From Myxococcaceae bacterium (GTDB lineage Bacteria; Myxococcota; Myxococcia; Myxococcales; Myxococcaceae), in assembly GCA_036781205.1 (NCBI GenBank), contig DAIQBK010000003.1, positions 66,738 through 130,737 of the forward strand: a stretch of 64,000 bases of DNA, given 5' to 3'. Shown in pieces: positions 1 to 7,411 of the stretch; the stretch's first letter is position 1; each line of letters opens with the position of its first letter. The translations under genes and the position numbers were made by a program. The notes below the pieces were generated by a model, which had not been told where the DNA came from, did no database searches, and was given only the letters and a program-made list of their open reading frames with translations.

Positions 1-1
1 C

Positions 2-571
2 GCCGAGAGCGACTCGCGGCAGAAGGACTTCCAAAACCAGCTCGGTGCCCGCGCCCGGAAGATTCAGGAGCTCGAAGCAGCGGTGGAGAATCTCGTGGCC
101 GCCAAGACTCGGTTGGAAAAGGACGGCAACGTGAAGGCCACCGTTGCTGAGGGCAAGGCCAAAGAGCTGGGCGCAAAGTTCGCCGCCGCCCTCAAGGAGC
201 GAAAGGAACTAGAGGCGCGGCACGCCAAGGAGCTGGAAGATCAGGCCAGCAAACACAGGGCCGAGCTCGAGCGTCGGGAGCAGGTGAAGGCCCAGGAGGT
301 CGTCCGACTCCAGCAGGCGGTCCAGGAGAAGAGCAAGGCTTTGAAGGTGGTGGAGCTGGAGCTGACGCGTTACAGGACCAAGCCCGGCGCGGGTCCCGCC
401 AAGAGTGCTGCGCCGGCCTCGGGTGCACCCCGCGTCCCGCCGGCGGGCTCAGCTCCCAGGCCAACTGCAGCGACCGCCAAACCAGCTCCCGCGAAGGAAA
501 AATCTAGCCTCCTTCCTCCGGGTGATGACCAAGAGGATTGGGAGATTCTGGTCGATAAGTTGGACAAGTGA
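2..571 (+). CDS. C-terminal part of a coiled-coil protein with Pro/Ala-rich tail (5' end outside the window)
   Basis: The frame is open from the window edge to the stop at 569-571; the track start at 83 is an internal GTG. A charged Ala/Leu/Glu/Lys heptad-like sequence (KELEARHAKELEDQ, KALKVVELELTRY) is followed by a P/A-rich segment. No family recognised. Confidence 0.5.
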   Translation, partial: AESDSRQKDFQNQLGARARKIQELEAAVENLVAAKTRLEKDGNVKATVAEGKAKELGAKFAAALKERKELEARHAKELEDQASKHRAELERREQVKAQEVVRLQQAVQEKSKALKVVELELTRYRTKPGAGPAKSAAPASGAPRVPPAGSAPRPTAATAKPAPAKEKSSLLPPGDDQEDWEILVDKLDK

Positions 572-1370
572 AATCGGCGCGGGCCCTTTGCAGCGCGTCG
601 CCGGCCAGGCGCGCCCAGAGCACCGTCGCGTAACGAGAGCCTGCCTCCGCGAGTAGACCCAGTTTTGTGAGGTCATTCGAATGCCGCGCGCCCTTCACCA
701 CCACGCTTCGTCGCGCCACGCGGGCCGCCAGCCCAAGCGTGGAGAGGGTGAGTGGCGAGTGGTCCGCAAATCGCCGCAGGGTCTCGAACGAAGGGGCTGA
801 TCGTCGGGGCCGCTCGAACATCGGATCGAACAGCACATGGTCAAAGCTCCCATACGGCTGGGAGCGGAGAAAGGACTCGGCATCAATGCGTAAGGGCTCG
901 ACCCGGCAGGACCGGGCCCCGGGGTCGTACTGCTCGAGCCCGTAGGAGACGAGCGCATAGAGCGCGAGGCTCTTCTCCAAACCAACCACCCTGCCGGTTG
1001 TCCCGACCGCCCGGGCCGCGACCAAAGCATCCGCACCCAGTCCCAACGTGCAGTCGAGCACGGTTTCTCCGGCCTGAAACCCGGCGATCCGGACCAGGAG
1101 ATCTTCCTGGATTCCCGCATCCAGCCGCTTTACCCGAAGGCGCGCCATCCCCGGCGTAAATCGGAGCGCTCCCTCGCGATCCCAGAGCGCAAGGCCCTCT
1201 GTCCCAAAAACCAGAAGAGCTTGAGCCTCGCGCCCAAACAGCGGAGCTAACGGCGCTTTGCGCCTTCGCTCGATAAACGGGAGTCGCCACCTTTCCGCCG
1301 CTTGGCGCGCCCGTGCGGTCAGCTCGGCCGAGGCTTTGCCGCTGGTCGTCACGGCCAGTGTCATGAGCAT
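504..1370 (-). CDS. class I SAM-dependent methyltransferase, RsmJ/DUF548-like
   Basis: Contains a Gly-rich SAM-binding-like motif (VLDCTLGLGADAL) and overall resembles RsmJ-type methyltransferases. The first ATG is at 1370; the track start at 1394 is TTG. The 3' tail overlaps the convergent CDS by 68 nt. Confidence 0.5.
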   Translation of the reverse strand: MLMTLAVTTSGKASAELTARARQAAERWRLPFIERRRKAPLAPLFGREAQALLVFGTEGLALWDREGALRFTPGMARLRVKRLDAGIQEDLLVRIAGFQAGETVLDCTLGLGADALVAARAVGTTGRVVGLEKSLALYALVSYGLEQYDPGARSCRVEPLRIDAESFLRSQPYGSFDHVLFDPMFERPRRSAPSFETLRRFADHSPLTLSTLGLAARVARRSVVVKGARHSNDLTKLGLLAEAGSRYATVLWARLAGDALQRARADFTCPTYRPESPNPLGHHPEEGG

Positions 1371-1395
1371 CGAGTACCCAACCCTGCCAGCCAAT

Positions 1396-3525
1396 TCAAC
1401 CGGTGCGTTGAGCCCGCTCAGGAGCGCGCAGCTGACTGGCGGACAGGGTACGGTTTCGGCCCTGCCGTTTGGCCTGATACAGCGCTTGGTCCGCCAAATC
1501 GATCAGCTCCTGCTTCTCGTTGGCATCCGACGGGAAGGTTGCCACACCGGCAGACACCGTCACCTTGATCGGGCCAAGCTCGGTGGAGAATGCATTCGAG
1601 CTGACGCACTCGCGGATCCGCTCGGCGATGACCCGGGCTCCATGGCTGTCGGTCTCCGGCATCACGATTGCGAACTCCTCGCCTCCGTATCGCGCGACGA
1701 TATCGGTGTCCCTGCCCTTCTGTCGAAGCAGCTGCGCCACTCCCTTGAGCACCAGATCTCCCGCGGGATGGCCGTAGCTGTCATTGACCGACTTGAAGTG
1801 GTCGACATCGATCAGGACCAACGAGCAGCGCCGGCCGTAGCGTCTGGCCTGCGCGATCGCCTCGTCCGCCTTGGCTTGAAACGCTCGGTGGTTGAGCAAG
1901 CCGGTCAGCCCATCGGTGATCGCCATCTGTTCCATCTGGTCGAAGAACTGCGCGCGCAAGACCGCTTCAGCGGCCTGAATCGCGATCACCTCGATCATCC
2001 GCAAAGACTCCTGGTCCATCGCCGATTTGCTTCGAGCGCCCACCACCAGCGTCCCCAAGCTCCGGTTGGCAGCGTTGAGTGGAAAAATCCTCAGCGCCGC
2101 CAGCCCGCGGATCCGAATGTCTTCGTCGAAGATGATCTGCCGATCCATCGCCTGCAGCTCTCGGCCGGGCAAAGGAGTGCCGTAGCGAACCACATTGGCC
2201 ACCAGCCCGTTGTTGTCCGCGAAAGTGCGGCCCTCCAAAGCGCGGTAGCGGCCCGCGGCTCCGGCGGTGCGCACCACCCGATGGGTTCGTTTGCCGTTCT
2301 CCTCCGACACCAAGGTTAATGCGCAGAAGTCCAGCTCGGCCAATCGCCCGACGCTCTCAATCACTGCGAGGAACACCTGCTCTGGGTTTCCGGCCCGATT
2401 CAGCTCCTCGATCGCCCGGAAGAAGCGATCCTTCTCGTCGCGCGCCCGCCGGATGTAGCCCATCACCCGCTCGACCTCCATCGACCGCCAAACTTCAGAT
2501 GCGATCGCGGCCAGCAGCCGCTCGTCGTTCTCGGTGAAGGCTTGCGCTTCCACCCGATCTGCCAGCAATACCCCGCGAGCGGCGCCGCTTCCTTCGAGGA
2601 TCGGTACCGCGAGCAAGGAGCAGATCCGCGCGTTGGATTCATAGTACGTCAGACCCTTTAGGCTTTTGGGGCTGCTCATCCGGACCGGCACCTTTCGCCG
2701 CACCACCCCGCCGAGAATTCCTTCTCCCGCGGGGAATCGATCTCGGTGGACGGCGTCCGAGGAGGATCGGCACTCGTAGAGTTTGAAAAATCGATCGTCC
2801 GCGCTGAGCAAAAAGGCCGCGCAGGTGTGCGACTGAAGCGCGATTTCCGCGATCTCCAACGCGGCCCCCATCGCCCCCTCGATCTCTTTCACCGAGGCCA
2901 TCAGCCATTTTTCTCGGCCCTCGAGGTCGGGATGACTGTCTTCGCTTCCGCTGCTCACCAGACGAAAAGTGCGCGCCCGCTCTTCGACCTCCGCGATTCG
3001 GCGCTTCACTGCTTGCTGTTCCGCGCGTCGCGCCGCCAAAAGCCGTGCGGTCAGGACCAAGTGGTACAGCACCGCAAACAAGATCAGGAAAGCAGCGTGC
3101 GGAACCAGCGTCCCCAAAGCCGGACCTTCCAGCACCATCGTGGTCACCACGTCGAAGACGAGGGCAACGCCGACCAAGCTGAGGCCAGCGGCTCGGCGAA
3201 GAAAGCTGACCACGAACGCCATCAGCAAGTAGACGATCGGGAAAAGAGCCGGTCCGCCGATCGACACGACGGTATAGCCAGCGGCGATCAGACTGCTTCC
3301 AAACTCCAGATCGTCGCGCAGGTGACGTGGGGCGCCGCTGGCGGTCCGCCGAAAATAGCGGACAGCGGAGCTGCAAATTCCAAGCAGGAGCAAGCCCAAA
3401 ATCGCCACTTCCCACCAGCCCAGCCGCTCCAGTCCGCTGAACCCTCCGCGAACCAGGTGAGAGAAGACCAGCAAAACAGCCAGAATTGGAAAGATGCGTC
3501 CAAAGCTCGAGGCTCTTTGGCGCAT
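1396..3525 (-). CDS. membrane diguanylate cyclase (N-terminal TM domain, two GAF-like regions, GGDEF domain)
   Basis: 709-aa ORF with multiple hydrophobic helices in the first ~170 aa and a C-terminal GGDEF domain. GGEEF is intact and an RxxD I-site (RDTD) lies 5 residues upstream. The start codon lies 3 nt after the ftsB stop. Confidence 0.85.
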   Translation of the reverse strand: MRQRASSFGRIFPILAVLLVFSHLVRGGFSGLERLGWWEVAILGLLLLGICSSAVRYFRRTASGAPRHLRDDLEFGSSLIAAGYTVVSIGGPALFPIVYLLMAFVVSFLRRAAGLSLVGVALVFDVVTTMVLEGPALGTLVPHAAFLILFAVLYHLVLTARLLAARRAEQQAVKRRIAEVEERARTFRLVSSGSEDSHPDLEGREKWLMASVKEIEGAMGAALEIAEIALQSHTCAAFLLSADDRFFKLYECRSSSDAVHRDRFPAGEGILGGVVRRKVPVRMSSPKSLKGLTYYESNARICSLLAVPILEGSGAARGVLLADRVEAQAFTENDERLLAAIASEVWRSMEVERVMGYIRRARDEKDRFFRAIEELNRAGNPEQVFLAVIESVGRLAELDFCALTLVSEENGKRTHRVVRTAGAAGRYRALEGRTFADNNGLVANVVRYGTPLPGRELQAMDRQIIFDEDIRIRGLAALRIFPLNAANRSLGTLVVGARSKSAMDQESLRMIEVIAIQAAEAVLRAQFFDQMEQMAITDGLTGLLNHRAFQAKADEAIAQARRYGRRCSLVLIDVDHFKSVNDSYGHPAGDLVLKGVAQLLRQKGRDTDIVARYGGEEFAIVMPETDSHGARVIAERIRECVSSNAFSTELGPIKVTVSAGVATFPSDANEKQELIDLADQALYQAKRQGRNRTLSASQLRAPERAQRTG

Positions 3526-3528
3526 TCG

Positions 3529-3804
3529 CTACTCCAAATTGAAGACGATCTCGCCCGGCTTGATCAGACCCAACTCTTCCCGCGCGGCGCGCTCAATCGC
3601 ATCCGGGTCCTCGCGAAGCGCGCGAATTTCCTCTGCCATTCTTCGGTTTTCTTCGACCAAGCGAGCCTTGCGGTCCGCCATCTGGCCCATCTCCCGGCGA
3701 AGCTGCAGATAGCGGCGAAATCCACGGGCGTCGGCGACGGAGCGCAACGTCAGGGCCAACGCCGCGGCGAGTGCCACCCAAAGGATTTTTCCACGCGCCC
3801 TCAC
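3529..3804 (-). CDS. ftsB: septum formation initiator, FtsB/DivIC family
   Basis: 91 aa with an N-terminal TM helix (ILWVALAAALAL), then a coiled coil and the conserved C-terminal ERAAREELGLIKPGEIVF motif typical of FtsB. GTG start. Confidence 0.7.
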   Translation of the reverse strand: MRARGKILWVALAAALALTLRSVADARGFRRYLQLRREMGQMADRKARLVEENRRMAEEIRALREDPDAIERAAREELGLIKPGEIVFNLE

Positions 3805-4039
3805 GCGAGCACCGTACCAGCGCGATGGGCTCGAGCAAGAAATGCACTCCCCAGAGAGTGGCGGGTAGACGCACCGGGTCTGCCCCTACCTCACAGGTTT
3901 ATCCGACCCCCATCTCCGCAGTCGGACCGCGGCATTTTCGCAACGACTTCCCAGCGCCCGCGCGTCCCCCGAAGGGAACCCAAGGCGGCACACGGGGTGC
4001 ACGGCCTCAGGTTGCACGAGCAAAAACATCCCTTGGCCT

Positions 4040-4552
4040 ATGGCACTTGCGTGCAGTAAGAGCGGAGCAGCGAACTTGGACGTCCAAGCCGATAGCAGGA
4101 CTGAGCTGTTTCGCATCCGCTCCGCGCGCCGTGGGGATGCGGAAGCCATCGGCGGCCTACTTCAGGAGCTGGGGTACGCAGAAGGAGCCGATGCGGCTAC
4201 CGTCCATTGGGTGATCAGCCATCCGGAGATGGAAATCTTCGTCGCGGCAGACTCGCGAGACCGAGCGATCGGAATGGTGAGCCTGTCGCATCGTCCCCAG
4301 CTGCGCATGCGCGGACGAATCGCGACGATCGACGAGCTGGTGGTCAGCCGAACGTGGCGCGGACGCGGCGTAGGGTGCGAGTTGCTCAAACGCGCAGTGG
4401 CCCGCGCCAAGGTGCTCTCGGTGCGCCGAGTCGAGTTGGTGACTCACGTGGGCAAGTCGGACGTCCCCCGTCGCTTTTACGAGGCCAACGGGCTCTCGGA
4501 AGCCGACGCGATGGTCCTCCGATTGTCGGAAGTCGATTTCAACGCCGACTAG
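4040..4552 (+). CDS. GNAT family N-acetyltransferase
   Basis: Acetyl-CoA-binding motif region (ELVVSRTWRGRGVGCELLKRAV) and typical GNAT length. The start is uncertain. Confidence 0.7.
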   Translation: MALACSKSGAANLDVQADSRTELFRIRSARRGDAEAIGGLLQELGYAEGADAATVHWVISHPEMEIFVAADSRDRAIGMVSLSHRPQLRMRGRIATIDELVVSRTWRGRGVGCELLKRAVARAKVLSVRRVELVTHVGKSDVPRRFYEANGLSEADAMVLRLSEVDFNAD

Positions 4553-4898
4553 ATTTGGCGGGCGCCGCCAGCAGCCGCGCCAGCCGCTCGCGATCCTCGG
4601 GCTGGAGGTTGCTGAAACGAACTCCGATCGCGCCTCGGCGTTCCCAAGCCACGACGCCCGACAATTGGTACTCGGCGCCCGCCACCTTGAGGGCGAGTTT
4701 GAGCTCGGTGCCGATCGCGTACTTGTTGCGGGTGAGCAAGCATAGGCCGCCGACGGAGAAATTCAGCGAATAAGCTCGAAACGCGAGCGCTGCCTGAGAG
4801 GCTTCCTGGAAGCGCACCTCGATCCGAGCCGGGGCCCGCACCTCCCGGCGTCGTTCGCGGGCAGCGGACCCGGCAGTTTTCGAGGAGCCATTCCTCAT
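4539..4898 (-). CDS. PilZ domain protein
   Basis: 119 aa with an RxxxR-like motif (RERRREVRAP) followed by the D/NxSxxG motif (NFSVGG) characteristic of c-di-GMP-binding PilZ domains. Confidence 0.7.
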   Translation of the reverse strand: MRNGSSKTAGSAARERRREVRAPARIEVRFQEASQAALAFRAYSLNFSVGGLCLLTRNKYAIGTELKLALKVAGAEYQLSGVVAWERRGAIGVRFSNLQPEDRERLARLLAAPAKSSRR

Positions 4899-4932
4899 CT
4901 GATCTCCCTTATAGCCTGTTCGCGATTGATTG

Positions 4933-5523
4933 ATGCGAGAGGCGCCCCTTCTTAGTTTTGTGACGGCGCCCGCCGTGACCGAATCGACGCAGATCTACTC
5001 CGTTGGCCATTCCACCCGATCGGAAGCGGATTTCCTGGCGCTTCTCCGATCGTTTCAAATCGTCCAGCTCGCCGACATCCGGACGCTTCCTGGCTCCAAC
5101 CGCCATCCCCAGTTCAACAGCCAAAACCTGGAAGCGGTGCTCCCCAAGCTCGGAATTGGGTACGCGCACCTGCCCAAGCTCGGTGGGTTGCGGCGAGGCC
5201 TGGGTCCGCATTCGCCCAATCGAGGTTGGCGCAACGCCAACTTTCGCGGCTACGCCGATCACATGTTGACCGCGGAATTCGAGGAAGGACTGGCAGAGCT
5301 GCTTGGGCTGCCGCGCCCTTTGGCAATGATGTGCGCGGAAGCAGTCCCCTGGCGATGCCACCGCTCGCTCGTCGCCGACGCGCTCCTGGTTCGAGGAATC
5401 GTCGTCTCCCACATCATCGGCGTCTCTCGGGCGTCGCCCCATCAGCTCACTTCCTTCGCGAAAGTGGATGGAGCCCGGTTGACTTACCCCGCCGAGAAGG
5501 AACCTGGACCGAAAGAACCGTAG
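4933..5523 (+). CDS. DUF488 family protein
   Basis: IYSVGHSTRS near the N-terminus and the C-terminal MCAEAVPWRCHRSLVAD motif are typical of DUF488. The ATG is at 4933; the track start at 4930 is TTG. Confidence 0.7.
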   Translation: MREAPLLSFVTAPAVTESTQIYSVGHSTRSEADFLALLRSFQIVQLADIRTLPGSNRHPQFNSQNLEAVLPKLGIGYAHLPKLGGLRRGLGPHSPNRGWRNANFRGYADHMLTAEFEEGLAELLGLPRPLAMMCAEAVPWRCHRSLVADALLVRGIVVSHIIGVSRASPHQLTSFAKVDGARLTYPAEKEPGPKEP

Positions 5524-5536
5524 GCCCGCGCCAAGC

Positions 5537-6478
5537 TCAGCGCTTGGCGGTCACCAGCGTTCGGTAGGCCTTGAGGTGCCGAAGCGCATCCACCGGCCGC
5601 CCGCATTGCTCGTACAGCCGGGCGAGGTTGAAATGGGCATCCGGAAAGCGCGGATCCGCCTCGATCGCTCGCTGATACGCGTCGACTGCCTCTTGAACTT
5701 TGCCCTGATCCTCGAGCACCGTTCCGAGATTGAAGGCCGCTGTCTCGTCCTTGCAATGACTGTCGAGCGCCTTGCGATAATGCGCCTCGGCCTCCTCGAG
5801 CTCCCCCGCTTCGTGAAGCAGTCGGCCCAAATTAATGTTCGCGTGGGGGTGATTCGGATCCAGGGCCAGGGCCTTGCGGTACGCCTCGATGGCGCGAGCG
5901 CGAAGGGACAATTCTGTTTCGCAACCGACTTCATACCAACCATCCGCGTCGAGCTGGCTGGTTGACTTGCGAACCAGAGGCCTCAAGGGAGCAACGGTGG
6001 CGCTCGCTTCGCTACGGCCGCGCTCCGCCTGTCGCGTGCGCAGGGAGGACACCCGCCTGGCTCTCGGGTTGGCGAAATCGAACATCGTTTGACCGGTCTC
6101 GGGGTGCCATTGGGAGGCTTCGTCCCGCGCGACCACCCCCTTGCCGCCGGCGGAAAGGGTCAGTGCGCAGATTGGCCGCTCGCCGTCGAGTTGCTCGGTG
6201 AGACTGCGCAGCGCGCGCCGGATTCGCTGAGCAGGAATGCGGGCGTCGGTGAGGCCCTTGGCGGAGCGCAAGAAAACCAGGTCCTGAAACGAGAAGCGGT
6301 ACTCGCCATGCTTTCCGCGTTGAGGATTGAGCAGACCCTGATCCACCAACGTGCGCACCCGGCGAAGCGGCACGTTGAGCATCGCTGAAATCTCTTTGGC
6401 CGTGTAGGGATTCGCCCCGGGGTCGGGCGCCTTCTTGTCCGTCTCAGAGGAAGAGCCCACGGAACACGTCCATAACAC
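5537..6478 (-). CDS. MerR-type HTH protein with C-terminal TPR repeats
   Basis: N-terminal MerR-like HTH (YTAKEISAMLNVPLRRVRTLVDQGLL). At least three TPR units follow in the C-terminal 130 aa (AIEAYRKALALDPNH..., AEAHYRKAL..., AVDAYQRAIEADPRF...). The start lies 23 nt after the ku stop. Confidence 0.65.
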   Translation of the reverse strand: MLWTCSVGSSSETDKKAPDPGANPYTAKEISAMLNVPLRRVRTLVDQGLLNPQRGKHGEYRFSFQDLVFLRSAKGLTDARIPAQRIRRALRSLTEQLDGERPICALTLSAGGKGVVARDEASQWHPETGQTMFDFANPRARRVSSLRTRQAERGRSEASATVAPLRPLVRKSTSQLDADGWYEVGCETELSLRARAIEAYRKALALDPNHPHANINLGRLLHEAGELEEAEAHYRKALDSHCKDETAAFNLGTVLEDQGKVQEAVDAYQRAIEADPRFPDAHFNLARLYEQCGRPVDALRHLKAYRTLVTAKR

Positions 6479-6501
6479 GGGTCACTGACAGGACGGGGCG
6501 T

Positions 6502-7389
6502 CTAAGCCTTGGAACTCTTTGCCTTCTTTTGCGCTTCGCCAGCAGCGCGGGGGGCGCGTTTGGGTGGCTTTCGCGATTCCCCGGTGGCCTGTGCGGACTT
6601 GGATGCGGCCGCTTTCGCCGGCTGTGCAAGGCTGGCTTTGAGTGCCTCCATCAGGTCGATAATCTGAGCGCGCGGAGCCTCGGGAGCGGCCATCGTCACC
6701 GCCTGCCCCTCCGACTTCTGGCGGATGATCTCCAAAAGCCGATTTCGGAATTCGTCCTGGTAATTTTCGGGATGAAACTCGTCGGTCGCGAGCTGACTGA
6801 CAAATTGCATTGCCAGCTTGAGCTCGGCCTCTTTGAGCTCAGCCTCCGGGATCGGCACTTCGGACTGGGGACGCACTTCGTCCGCGTAGCGAAGCTGCTC
6901 CATCACCAGGCCATTTCCCATTGGCCGAACCATCACGAGCGATTGACGGCCGCGGGCCGAATACCGGGCCACCGCGACCTGTCCGGCCTGGCGCATCGCT
7001 TCACCCAGCAGTCGGTACGCCCTCTCCCCGCCCTTCTCCGGGCCCAGGTAGTAAGAGCCTTCGAAGTAGATCGGGTCCACCTTTTCGGCAGGAACGAACT
7101 CGGTAATCTCGATCGCCTTGGTCGACTGTTCTTCGATCGCCTTGAGTTCCTCTTCGGTGAAGATCACGTACTGATCTTTGGAGAACTCGTAACCCTTCAC
7201 CATCTCTTCGCGCGGCACGATTTCATTGTCCGTCGGACAAATGTATTGTTGTTTCAGCCGTGAGTTGCACTTGCGATGAAGCAAGTTGAATGAGATGCCA
7301 GAGCCTGGTTGCGCGGTGGAATAGAGCTTCACCGGGATCGAGACCAGGCCAAATGAAATATTGCCGCTGGAAATTGCGCGCGCACTCAT
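6502..7389 (-). CDS. ku: Ku protein (non-homologous end joining)
   Basis: N-terminal ISFGLVSIPVKLY and KGYEFSKDQYV motifs, with a Lys/Ala-rich basic C-terminal tail, match the typical bacterial Ku architecture. Confidence 0.9.
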   Translation of the reverse strand: MSARAISSGNISFGLVSIPVKLYSTAQPGSGISFNLLHRKCNSRLKQQYICPTDNEIVPREEMVKGYEFSKDQYVIFTEEELKAIEEQSTKAIEITEFVPAEKVDPIYFEGSYYLGPEKGGERAYRLLGEAMRQAGQVAVARYSARGRQSLVMVRPMGNGLVMEQLRYADEVRPQSEVPIPEAELKEAELKLAMQFVSQLATDEFHPENYQDEFRNRLLEIIRQKSEGQAVTMAAPEAPRAQIIDLMEALKASLAQPAKAAASKSAQATGESRKPPKRAPRAAGEAQKKAKSSKA

Positions 7390-7411
7390 AGAATTTTGAA
7401 CTTATCATTCA

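Noticed and set aside
2746-4059. 437-aa plus-strand ORF overlapping the GGDEF and ftsB genes. Similar long shadow ORFs occur elsewhere, for example 13443..14426(-), 33485..35242(+), 36317..37390(+), 50021..51322(-), 56857..58176(-), 59866..60741(+) and 61907..62992(-).
   Set aside because: All lie antisense or out of frame to genes with clear domain signatures. Their translations are Arg/Pro/Gly/Ala-rich with no recognisable motifs. This is the expected stop-codon-poor shadow frame of a high-GC genome.
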